From the human T2T-CHM13v2.0 reference genome, Homo sapiens: a stretch of 64,000 nt of DNA. Every line of letters begins with the position of its first letter. Position 1 is the stretch's first letter. The position numbers and the translations under genes are program-made. The DNA lies in the NCBI RefSeq assembly GCF_009914755.1, contig NC_060934.1. The stretch is one strand, 5' to 3'. Under the pieces are notes generated by a model. That model was given only the letters and a program-made list of their open reading frames with translations. It ran no database searches and had not been told where the DNA came from. Below, piece by piece: positions 30,481 to 42,616 of this stretch.

Positions 30481-30999
30481 CAAGAGGAATGTGATTTCAT
30501 ACATTTGTCCCATGTGTGTGGCCATAGGATTCTCGTTTTATCACCATACTGTCTTCCCCTATCTAGCACCTGGCCAAACAGGCTTTTCTTATTTCCACTT
30601 GGCTGGTTTCTGTAGAAAGATCTTACCTCCCCACTAGCACTCTGCTCCACTATTTGCTGGATGCCAATATAGGTAAAGTCCCAGTCACCAGGGGAATTTG
30701 AAACTTTCACTCCCCCAGACTGAATCCCTTAGTTAAATGTGTTCTCATATACTTTGAATATTACTTTCTTGCAGTGCTTATCCCACACTATTGTAATTAG
30801 TTGTGTATGTGATTGTCTTCCCAACTGTAAGCAGCTATTACTCATGTTTGGGCCCCTAGTGTTCAGAAGAGTGCCTGGCATCCAGTAAATATGTAATGTG
30901 TTTATTGGCTAAAAAAGTAAAATAATTCCCTATGTGTTACCTGGCTACCTGTTATAAGAACTAGAAATTATGGTGAATGCAGAGTCAATAAACTCATTG

Positions 31000-33900
31000 C
31001 TTTTACAGGAAGAGCTTAAAACAAACTTAGGGAAACAAGTTTTGTTGTTTTTTTTTTAAAAAGGAAAAAAACAGTTTTGGATCTGCTTTAGGGCACTTAT
31101 AAGAAGAGTTTTAACAACTGTTGGTTTAAATAGTTGTTGCAGGAATGAGAACTCTTGCAGGGATTGAATAGCCCAGGCAACCGCAGCATTCAAACCCTGG
31201 TGGGACGGAATTCCCAGAGGCCAACTGGGTCTTTCCTGGATTTGAGCCTTTGTCCCAGGGCCTTATGAGATACTTTGTCCTCCATAAATTTGGAGCCGAT
31301 TTGGAACTAGCTAGCTGTTTTTCTCCCTGCTGAATTAATGTGCTGTTCAGCCTAAGCTCAAATATGAAATATATTAAAAGCAAACTAAAAACAGGTCACC
31401 GTTTTGCCTCTAATGTTATGGGAATATTTGTTTTTAAGTCATCTTTTAATACTCCACAAATCTTCCCCACAAACTTTTTTTTTTTTTTTTTTAAGCAGAG
31501 ACTATTTTTCCCAGTGCAAAAGGCCATTTCTTAAGTCCTGATTTATTCAGAAATTTACATGGAGAAAATGGCCCCAGATCCCACACAAGTGAAATTTATT
31601 TTTTAATCTGGGGCACAGTAGGGAGCCCTGAGAAATGCGTTTTCCTCCAGGATTGTAGGAGGAATACATAGTGTTTGTTTAAAGCATCAGGTATTGAGAA
31701 ATGTAATGGCAGGGTGAAAAGTTTGACCTCAGCTGCCAGATCCGATCTGCTAGGGGGTAATTGAGTTGCCATGTTTTTTTCCTCTTCAGTTTAAATCAAG
31801 TTTTGCTATAGCCCATTTAAGTGTCAAATTGGTAGCAAAACTTGACAACTTCAGGGTGCAGACTTGCTTTTGATGAGAATTTACATGCAAATCATTTTTG
31901 CCTTGAACTGTCAACTCCTGTTTCTGATACTCTGAGGGGGACATGTCTCTCCCCACCTCTCTCTCCCCAAGCCAAAGGGGATGTTGGCTAATGTTATTAA
32001 TCAGTGTGTGGAAGAAAAATTATCTTGATAAATATGGTGGTTAAACTATATTTTCCCTTTTGTATGTCAGCTGTTGCAGCTGGGCATTTAATCTCCTTTT
32101 ACCTAGAAGGAAATCAAACAATTATCCAGCGCTTGATGTCAAAAAGAAACTAGTGAATGAGGGTGGAGGGTCACCAGTGTATTGGAGAATGGGCTTAAGC
32201 CACCAAAACCTGACAAAGGGTGCTGACAGTCTGCATTTTCTTGGGCATTAAACAAAGTCTTTGGTAACTTTAAAGAATCTTTCCTTGCATGACTAAACTC
32301 ATTGAGGGGGTTAGAGAGAAAGCTGCCTCAGAAGTCTTAAGCCTGAAACTTTTTTTTTTTTGGTTTTTCCCTAAACCCTTGGGACGCTTAAAAGCACGTG
32401 AGCATGTGTAGCTCCATCATTCAGCAAGACAAAGGAGTGTTTGCACTTTCACAGAGTTAATAATGACAGTAGCAAGTCTTTCTAGTTTCCAGCCATCCTG
32501 TTTAGCATTCCTAGTCATCTTACCTTCCTGAAGAATTTAATTGTGATTGATGCTCTGTCTCTCATTTCTTCTAGACAACCCCACTCTGAAAAGCAAGAAA
32601 ATAGAGGGACCCAATAAAAAAACAAATAGAGAAAAAGAAGTTTCTAGAACTCACTGCAGATTAAGAGAGCTGATTGCGAATATTTATAATTATCTATTGT
32701 GGAGCCAAAACATTTAGTGAAATAGTACAAGATTTTTGTTTCTAGCCAGCCTAAAATTCCTTTCCATCACTACACCCCCAATGGGGTGAGAATATCAAAC
32801 ATGTCGTCCTGTCAAGATGACAGCCAGCGTCATGTCATATGGGAGACACATGCAGGCCTGACTTGAGAAATCAAAGAAATTTCAAGATTGGTTTCGCTTG
32901 ATCCAACGTGGCCCCATTGCAGGCCCTTCGGAAATCTCCTCTACCAGGCCCCTTCCTGCCACTGTCCGGCGCAGCCTGCCTGTGTGCTGTGAAATTTTAA
33001 TTGAATTGTTAATGACACCGAGGAGTGACACAACACATGAGAAACTTCCAAGAATCAGTCAGGAGGAGCCCTTTTTCTTACTGTTACAAAACAGAAGACA
33101 CTGGGAAATTGACAAGTCCAAGCGCGAGGCCAGGGTAGTAATTGATAGCAGGCTGCCTAGAGCCAAGGTCCTTCCCTGGTAATTGCAAGCAGAGGCTGCC
33201 TCTCTGATCTCACCAGTGGTGCTGGCCATGCCAGAGCAACCCAGCTTTGACGGATTGCTTTCCCGCAGTAATGACTTAGGCATGTTCCCTCTCTCGCATG
33301 AGGCCATGGGTCCCTCCCACTGGAGAAAATGAGCTGAACATTTTGCTTCTTCTTTAACAGGGCGCTGTTAAAATAACTCTATTCTATTATATAAGCCCTG
33401 TAGTGCCAGGGGCTAAATTTATATGGTTATAAACAAGAGATATTACTTTGGAATACCACAATACTGTGTTTTGCTATTTCTTTAGGATTTCTAATGGTGT
33501 TTTCAAAATAATGGATTTTACTTCAAGAAAAAAAAATGGAAGTGGGGAGGAGGAGAGAGGAAGGATCCCATTTCTGAACAAAACCCTCGTCCTATTTTTA
33601 AATTCCTCTGTGTACCTTCCCTAATTCACCAGCCCAGTATTTATTTGTATTTGTGTTTGTTTTGCTGGCCGGATTTGACTCTCTATGGGAACATCAGAAA
33701 TATTATTTACTCCAGGATTCTGAAATAAGATAGATATTTTATTTCATGTTTTTTAAATTCTCCAAAGATTTATTTTTATTTTTTTCCTTTCCCATTTCTG
33801 GACATTGATATATTTCAGAACTTTCGTGCAGCTTTTCCTCCCTCCCTACACCTCCTCTCCCTTCTCCCCTTACTCCTTTCTTCCTGGAATGTAATTTTGT

Positions 33901-34250
33901 CTATGAAACATGACAGTAAGCTGAAATGTCCCTGATGATTTTCACTCCTCTGGATTTTCACTCCTTTCAGTGACAGAAACTTACTAATTCTGATACAAGT
34001 GTCGCTGAACGTGCTTCCTTGCTGTGGCTTGTGCTTTCTGGCATGTTTAAAGTTGGGGTCCCTCACCCCACCTGTGTCCATCGTTTCACACCAAGAACCA
34101 ACTTCAAAGGAGTGCCAGGGACATCCTTAAAAACTCAACTACAGATTCACTTCAGAAATGAAGCTTCGTGCACATGCGTTTGTGTGTGTGTTTGTGTCCA
34201 TGTGTGTGTCTTCACACTCATTTGATAAGTTTTGATGGTGAACCTACGAG
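31000..34250. promoter_or_regulatory. repeat-poor block, candidate conserved non-coding enhancer cluster
   Basis: No recognisable TE over ~3 kb; many TAAT/TAATTG, TGACA(G) and ACAAT motifs; CpG retention near 32890-33300. Confidence 0.45.
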
Positions 34251-35107
34251 AAAAGATACAGATTAGTATTAATGGAGCTTCTGGGAGAATAGGTAGAGAA
34301 AAGATTTGGCTGTGTTTATTTACCTTACATTTAGTCCCTAACTCCCTACATTTATTGTTAATTGGTAGTACATATTTAGAATTATTCTTAAAAAATGAAG
34401 GACTAAATGATGGTAGGTTTCTAAACTATCTCACAAAATTTATTTCTGCAAAATGAAAAGGATTATTTTGGGTAAGTGGAATTTTTTAGGCTAGCCTGGG
34501 AACCTAACCATTATAGCATTGGATCTACTGGAAAAAACCTTCAGAATTCTGACTTGGATATAGGGTGCTCGAAAGACAGTTTTTCTTGTCTTCCTATTCA
34601 CTGCTATGACTTAGAGAGGAAGGTACTGCCTCTTGCATGATCCCAGCTGTCAAAGAGTTGGCCCTCCCCTGACCTTAAGCACTGGGGCAAGAGTATAAAC
34701 ACTTCCTGCTGCATTGCTGTAATGTTATTCTTTTTTTGTGTGTGTTTAAAAAACTTTCTTGTTTTTTTTTTCTGCATGATTTGAAATCTCTATAATAAGC
34801 AATGTTTCATTTTAAGGAGAAACAATCGAAATGTTTTCATTTTTGAGCTTTATTGAGGTATAATTGACGAATAAAAATGGTATACATTTAAGGTATACAA
34901 CTTGTCCTTTTGATCGTAGTGTTATTCTCATTTAGTGCAAGCTCACCACTAAGTCAGATGTTTTAAAGTAGGGATGTGCTGTTAGAATCTCATTTAATTA
35001 TTTGATTACATTTCTGTTTTTACTATTTGTGTAGGTATTAGCCCAATGCTTTTATTCTTTTGTCTTTATTATTTTTCCTGTGTTTTCAGTATGTTTTGTT
35101 TCAGAGA

Positions 35108-35300
35108 AGTGGTTCTCAGTGTGGGGAGGCATTCTCCCCCACTCTTTGGAGACATTTGATTTGTCATAACTTGGGGTGGGGTGGTTGCTGCTGGTATGTA
35201 GTCCGGGGAAGCCAGGAATGTGCTTAACATCCAACAATGCACAGGACAGCTCCCACAACAAATAATTATCACGTCTGAAATGTCTTTTTTGTTTAGCACT
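35108..35300. mobile_element. MER20 DNA transposon
   Basis: agtggttctca..ggagacattt..gtcataacttgggg..gccaggaatgtgcttaacatccaacaatgcacaggacagctcccacaaca. Confidence 0.85.
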
Positions 35301-36879
35301 ATGACATATAGAAATGAGATCTTGGTAAAAGTCCATCAATTAAGTCAGAAACTACAATCTGTTAATCAAGTGTTACGGAGAGTTTGGAGCTGGTCTGGGG
35401 GGTTGGGCAGAAAGAAAAAAATTTGAGAATTGTGCAGCTTCCTGGTTGTTACCATAGGCTTTAGACACACACTTGGATCAAGATGATGGTTATACTGCAG
35501 ACTTTGGGCTTGTTGCTTAACCTTTCTAAGCCTCAGTTTCTTTCTCTGCTACATGTGACAAGTGACAGTACTGATATCATAGGACACTGTGGACATAATA
35601 GGTGTCTGGCTTACACTAGACCTTAGTTAATATATGACAACTATGTAGAAATTGGTTGCCGTCCTAAAGGTGGTGACATGAATCTTGGAGATCATCTTAC
35701 TAACATTTTGCCGATGAGAAAACTGAGCCCCAGAGAGGGGAGATTACCCAAAATGATGATAGCTGGTAAGAGTCAAAGTTGGGACTAGAACCCAGGTCTC
35801 CTGACCCTAAGTCCTGTATTCTCTGCAGTATTAAGCTTGTTTCAGCTTACAGTATTAAGCTTCATGGTCTAGAACTTAAATCTGGTTGGGAAGGAGAGTC
35901 CAACATGTCTGAAATAATTAGAGAAATATTTAGTGACAAAAATTCCAATGTGAGAGCTCTGGATTCTGGAAGGTCTTAGGAAGAGTTAAGTAGGATTATA
36001 GTTTATAACGACCATGAAACTCACAGGAACTCTGTTATGATGGTTATCCAAAATCTTGAGCCGGGAACCAAATGGAAAGAGCAGAAGCTTTATCCAGAAG
36101 GTCTTGGGCTTCTGCTCTTTTGGTGCTGGGAAGCCTTATTTTATGGTGTAAGTTGGAATCTTTCATGAAGTTTCTTTAAAGACAATAGACACCCAGAGGA
36201 GGAATGAGAGAACATTTACTGAGTGTTGACCAGTGTTGGGCATGGTGCCAACTGATTCCACACACATTTTCTGGTTTCAGTGATCTTACTGAGCTCTAGT
36301 GTTTCAAGCATTCTCCATTTGCAAGATGGTGGGTGAGGACAGTGGGGGATGTAACCATAGAACAGCAGACCTTGCTGCCTTCAAAGATCATGTTTTTGAA
36401 GAATGTTTAATGGTAGAGGAAAATATCTATGAACTATTCATAAGCTTAAAAATATGTGTACACAGGTTATGAAACACTGTGTACACTATTGATCCCAATT
36501 GTATTTTGAAATAAACATATGTATGCATAGAAAAAAAGAAGAGAAGACTATACATCAGAATATCAACTGGTTATTTCTAGTGTTGGGATCAAGGATGATT
36601 GCAGTTTTTCCTTTTTATCTGTATTTTTTTCTGCTAGTTTCTGTTTTACAAAATTATAATAAAATCTTTTTAATGGTAGAAGTGATGTGATTGAGTATTC
36701 ATTAATAAGTTGCTTATGCATTGGAATTATAAGCAAGGCAAAAGAAGTGTAATAATGGAGTTTCTGCCCCCAAGGGACTTTTACTGTAGTCCGGAGAGAA
36801 GACCTACACATATGGAAAGTTTATTAATAATAATCATTACTGATAGCTATTAATTGTACCATTAAGTGGCTATTCAGAT

Positions 36880-37085
36880 TATGATAGTGAATCTCTACAT
36901 TTTTAATAATGTTAAATCTATGTAAATCTATGTGATATACATGTATTATTTCACTGAATCCTCCCCACAGACACATAGGGTACTTCAATATTCCCATTTT
37001 ACAGATGGAAAAACTTAGGTTTAGATGGTTTGGGAAAGTGGTGGAGCTAGGATTGGCTCCAAAGTTCATGTCTTTAACCACCAGT
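36880..37085. mobile_element. MIR
   Basis: atttcactgaatcctc..cccattttacagatggaaaaactt. Confidence 0.65.
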
Positions 37086-37218
37086 TAATATGACCTTCCA
37101 GAGAACCCTGCTTAGCTGATAAATCACCAAGTGCTTGTTGCCAGTGAGGACTACAAGAATGATCAGTTGAGAAGAAATAGATCATTTCAGCCTGGCCAAG
37201 GGAAGGGAGAAGAAGGAT

Positions 37219-37281
37219 CACCCAAGATTCTATTTATTCATCAGTGCACCCAAGATTCTATTTATTCATCAGTGCACCCAA
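37219..37281. repeat. perfect 28-bp tandem duplication
   Basis: cacccaagattctatttattcatcagtg x2 + cacccaa. Confidence 0.97.
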
Positions 37282-39046
37282 CTTCATGTTTCAGGATGGT
37301 TCTGTATAGCATTACTGAGTATCTCTGGACCAAAACATGCGAACCACTTGTAGGGTTATTTTAGGCATGGATAAGGAGGAGAAGACCAGGCCTATGTGGG
37401 AGAAATGTCTTGGGAAGCTGGTTTTCTTTGCTCATCTCTAATTAAAGACTCTGGTGGCCCTTGTGAAGACCTTTCTGACTCAAGTGACTGTGGCTCTGAC
37501 AGGAGTATCTTTCCTTCGTCTGCTGAATCATCTTTCACTTCACAGCCCTGCACTGGGGCTGTGGTGCCCACACAATGGCCAAAACCACTGTGGCCACAAT
37601 AAGTGCTGTGGAATGTGTGTGTGTTTCGTCTTTATCAAGAATGTCACATGGCATTTCCTGATTGCAGCAGCAGCTTACTGCCCCATCTGAGTTTCCAGAC
37701 TAAATACCAGTGCTCAAGCCACATGTGTTTATGGTATGTAATAAATCTCCATTTGTCATAATGGTTTAAGTTTAAAAGAAAAAGAAAGGTGGGCTGTTAC
37801 GTAAAAAAAATTATTTTGGCTGTTATAAATTAACTTTCTTGGAGTTTCAGGTCAAGCCCAATTTATTAAAGGGAATAAAAAAGATAGAAACCTGGTCTGT
37901 GATCACAATTGTGATTTATCCTCACCTCGAGTGGGTCCTCCTTTGGACCTTTTCTTGAACCGCAGCTGGCTTGGTTTATGTAGGACCTGCTGGGAGCTGA
38001 GATTGTAATGAAAAACAGTTATTCTTTCAAATTACTCACAAGAAGAGGGCTTATTTTATCAAGCGCTCTCCTAATTTGATTGTAAGGCTTTTCATATTTA
38101 TTTTTCAGCATTAATCATTCTGTATCTTTGTGGAAAGTATAAACATAGTGGTGAAGGACAGCATTTAAAAGAAAAAAAAAAAAACACAACACTCCAGGGA
38201 CAAATGTTTCTCTAGAGGTGGCCTATTGGGAGCCCTTAACGGATGATTAAGGAAGTTATTTTGGGTTTGGTAGCAATGTTGTGAACTTTTCCAAAGAATC
38301 TTCTTTAGAGCAAGATGGCATTTAATATTTTTGCAGATTAACCTTTAGCAATGAAAATAGTGTCCAGTATTGACTTCCCTTGGAAGAAACAAGCAAGCAA
38401 GGTACTGGTAGCATTAGCTAACATCTTTCTATGCTAGAAGGCCACTCTGTGTCCTGAATTTGCCCAAGGGAGAGTTTTGGGAGTTCCTTTCCCATGCAAC
38501 AGTGAGGAACTCTAATTTTAATACTCTGGGAGTGTAGGACCCAGCCTAGGCCTCCTTCCTCGCTAATTAGGTTCCTTCTGACCTGGACATCCCACAGTAT
38601 CTTAAACAATGAGGGGTAGTTCCTATTTTCAGCACAGGAGCCCCAGATGGTCTTCTGCTTCTCAGAACTCCTTTTTGAACTCTCTGCATTCTTAAGCAAA
38701 ACAACTCAGAACCAGATGCTGGGTGGCTCATTACAAACATGAAAATGAATTTTCATATTCCTTCATGTTATTGAAATATGTAATATTTCTTATCTCTTTG
38801 ATCTCTGGCCTATAAAAAAGATCTAAGTATCTGTCGGAAATATACATACTCGGGTTGTATAGACCTATCTGTAATGGAGCCAGGAGCTCAGTGAAGTTCC
38901 ATTTGAGGCAACAGAAGGAGGTAACTCCTCAAAAAGTCTTTTCCAGGAAGGTTAGTCAAGACCTATGCTGATCTGACCATGTTAAGAGTTATTTATTATT
39001 ACTGTTATTAGTTTATTACTACAATTTCCTATCTTGGATAATGGTA

Positions 39047-39503
39047 CAGTTGGCCCTGTATATCCACTGTTTCTGCATCCACCAATTCAACCAACTACAA
39101 ATTGAATATTCAATCTGAAATGGAATCATACAGTATTCACCCTTTTGTGTGCCTAGTTTCTTTCACTCAAAAGCATAATGCTTTTGAGATTCATCCATGT
39201 GGTTGCATGTATTACTAGCTCGTTTCTTTTTATTGTTGAGTAGTATTCTATTGTGTGAATGTATCAGAATTCTTGACACGTTCACCATTTGATGGCTGTT
39301 TGGATTGTTTAAAGTTTTAGCTATTTTGAATAAGCAGCAATAAATATTTGCTCAGAATATTCAATCAATTGAATATTGGGATGTTTGATCTGGAATGCAG
39401 ATCCTGCACATATGAAGGGCTGCCTGTAAAGGACTTGAGCATGCTTAGATTTTGGTATTTGTGGGGTGTCCTGGAACCAATCTCCCATACCAACAGACCA
39501 CTG
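39047..39503. mobile_element. MER2-like Tigger (Tc1/mariner) element interrupted by a copied L1 fragment
   Basis: TA|cagttggccct..ttcaaccaac ... ggacttgagcat..gattttggtat..gtcctggaaccaatc..actg|TA. Confidence 0.8.
39118..39357 (+). repeat. 240-bp direct repeat of 39948-40184
   Basis: aaatggaatcatacagtattcaccc...tttgctcagaa; about 11 substitutions and one 3-bp indel by hand count. Confidence 0.95.
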
Positions 39504-39529
39504 TATTTAAATTTGTTTTTAATTTTATT

Positions 39530-39690
39530 TATTTGTATATATTTTTAGAGACAAGGTATTGTTACATTGTCTAGGTTATTCACAGGCACAGTCACAGCAT
39601 ACTACAACCTCAGACTCCTGGGCTAAAGTGATCCTCCTGCCTCAGCCTCCTGAGTAGTTGAGACTACAGGTACATGCCACTGCTTCAGGT
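39530..39690 (-). mobile_element. fossil Alu monomer (FAM-like)
   Basis: Single monomer retaining the 7SL-like tattcacaggc motif. Confidence 0.75.
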
Positions 39691-41233
39691 TATTTTTTAT
39701 TTTTGAAGTCAGATTTAGTGAGATATAATTTATGCACAATTAATTCCCTTTCTAAGTGCACAGATGATTTTTGACAAATGCATACAGTCATGTAACCACC
39801 ATCATCATAATCAAGACGTAACATTTTTATCGCCATAAAAAGTTTCCTTGTGCCCACTTTTCAATCTCCTTTCTCCTTCCTTGGCTCATGGCATGCACTG
39901 ATGTAATTATTGTCTCAGTGGCTTTGCCTATCCCCAGAATGTCATAAAAATGGAATCATACAGTATTCACCCTTTTGTGTGCCTAGTTTCTTTCACTTAG
40001 CATAATGCTTTTGAGATTCATCCATGTAGTTGCATGTATCACTAGTTTGTTTCTTTTTATTGTTGAGTAGTATTCTATTGTGTGAATGTACCACAATTCT
40101 TGACACATTCACCATTTGATGGCTGTTTGGACTGTTTAAAGTTTTAGCTATTTTGAATAAGCAGCTATAAACATTTGCTCAGAAACTAGTCTGTCTTAGT
40201 GAATGTTCCATGGGCCCTTCAAAAGAATGTGGATTCTGCTATTGTTGGTTGGAATCGTCTATAGATGTCAGTTAATTCAATTTGGTTGATAGTGTTGTTC
40301 AGGCTTCTATATCTTTACTTATTTTTGACCTACTTTTTATATAAATTACTAAGAGAGGAGTATTCAAGTCTCCTATTCTTCCTGGTTTTTGTCTACTTCT
40401 TTCAGTTTGATCAGATTTTTCTTTATGTATTTTGGAACTCTGTTGTTAGATGCATACATATACATTAGTTATATCTTCTTGATGAACTGAGTCTTTGTTC
40501 CTAAACATATTCCTTGTTCTGAAACCTACTTTGTATTATGTTATTATACAGACTGGAGTTTTTGTGTAATGTTTGTGTTGTATCTATTTTTTCACTGTTA
40601 ATATATGTCTCTGTGTTTATATTTATAATGAATTTCTTTTAGAGAGCATATAGTCAGGTCTTGCTTTCATAACGAGTCTGATTATATCTGCTTTTTAATT
40701 TGGAATGTTTAGGCCATTTATCCTTAATGTAACTATTGGTATAGTTGGTTTTGAGTCTACCATTTTGCAAATTGTTTTCTATGTGTCTTATATGTTCTCT
40801 ATTTCCTTCTTTTCCTGCCTTCTTTTGAATTATTTGTATATATTTATGATTTCATTTCATCTCCACCACTGGCTTATAAGTTTACTCCTTTTAAAAATGT
40901 TCTAGTGATTGCTTTAGGGTGTACAGTATATATATTTAACACAGTTTACCTTCAGATAATACATTGCTTTATTTATAGTTTAAGAATCTTACAATGGTAC
41001 TCTTCCATTTTCTTCTTTCCATCCTTTGTTCTATTGTCTACATTTTACTTTTACATATGTTATAAACTCTACTGATCATTGGTACTATCTTTTCTTTAGA
41101 CAGCAATTATCTTTTTTTTTTAACCTGGGAAAATGTTTTTTTTACTTGATTAATAGGAAAATGAAAATATTCTGTTTAAATATTTTCTAGTTTAATCTAT
41201 TTGCAAACTAAATATATTTTGCAGTCAGCTATC

Positions 41234-41784
41234 TTTTTTTTTTTTTTTAACCTAGGATTTGAGGAAGGATGTTCCACAGAAATAGAACAGTATGAACACA
41301 AGTAGAGCAACAAAAGAAAGTGTGGTTCAACCTTACCAGGAGATATGTAGGTGTAGAAGCACTAAAAAGTAAGACCATGGAGGGCCTGGCTTACTTGATA
41401 TTTATTTATTTATTTTTTATAATACTTTAAGTTCTGGGGTACATGTGCAGAACATACGGGTTTGTTACATAGGTATACACGTGCCATGGTGGTTTGCTGC
41501 ACTCATTAACCCATCATCTACATTATGTATGTCTTCTAATGCTACCCCTCCCCTAGCCCCCATCCCCCAACAGGCCCCAGTGTGTGATGTTCCCCTCCCT
41601 GTGTCCATGTGTTCTAATTGTTCAGCTCCCACTTATGAATGAGAACATGTGGTGTTTGGTTTTCTGTTCTTGTGTTACTTTGCTGAGAATGATGGTTTCC
41701 AGCGTCATGCATGTCCCTGCAAAGGACATGAACTCATCCGTTTTTATGGCTGCATAGTATTCCATGGTGTATACGTGCCACATT
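41234..41784 (-). mobile_element. 5'-truncated L1PA7-like insertion with probable 3' transduction
   Basis: L1 3' end 41401-41784; TSD agtcagctat at 41223-41232 and 41786-41795 also encloses a second poly-T and ~150 bp of non-L1 sequence. Confidence 0.82.
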
Positions 41785-41828
41785 GAGTCAGCTATTTTTT
41801 TTGAGAGGCTAAAATTAAGAAAAAATTT

Positions 41829-42160
41829 GCTGGGCACTGTGGCTTATGCCTGTAATCCCAGCACTTTGGGAGGCTTAGGTGAGAGGATCGCTTGAGGCCA
41901 GGAGTTTGAGACCAGCCTGGGCAACATAGTGAGACCCATTCTCTACAAAACATTAAAAAAAATATTAGCTGGGTGTGGTGGCTCAAACCTGTAGTTCCAG
42001 CCTCTTGGTAGACTGAGATAGGAGGATTGCCTGAGCCCAGGAGGTCAAGGATTCAGTGAGCTGTGATTGCACCACTGCACTCCAGCCTGGGCAACAGAGT
42101 TAGACACTGCCTAGGCAACAGAGTTAGACCGTGTCTCTAAAAAATAAAAGAAATAAAAAC
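41829..42160 (+). mobile_element. AluJ with ~24-bp duplication near 3' end
   Basis: Full dimer; gcct[g/a]ggcaacagagttagac twice. Confidence 0.92.
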
Positions 42161-42525
42161 AATCTGTCTTTTATTATCCACATTTTAATCATTTCTAGAG
42201 CTCTTTCTTTCTGTAGATCTGAATTTCCTTCTAGTACCAGACTCCTGCCTGAGGTCTTTATTTAACATCATCATAGTATGGTATGTTGGCAATGAATTTT
42301 TTCAGTTTCTGTGTGTCTGAAAAATTCTTTATCTTACCTTCATTTTTTAGCAGATACTTTCACTTGTATAGAATTCCATGTGGACAGTTTTTTCTGTCAG
42401 TGCTTTAATGGTGTCACTCCATTTTCTTTTGCATTGCATTCTTTCTGTTGAGCAGTGCGCTGTCATTCTTAGCTTTGTTCTGTGTTTTTTTTTTTTTCCC
42501 CCCCTCTGGCTGCTTTCAGAATTTT

Positions 42526-42616
42526 CACTGTATCCTTGGTTTTTAGTAGTTTTACTATGATGAGGTGTGCCATCCACCCCATCATAGTAAACTACTGAAA
42601 ATCAAAGATACAAGTG
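42526..42616. repeat. imperfect inverted repeat, ~42-bp arms, 7-nt loop
   Basis: cactgtatccttggtttttagtagttttactatgatgaggtg / caccccatcatagtaaactactgaaaatcaaagatacaagtg. Confidence 0.92.

Noticed and set aside
39530-39690. 7SL RNA gene
   Set aside because: Only a degraded Alu-domain monomer; S domain essentially absent
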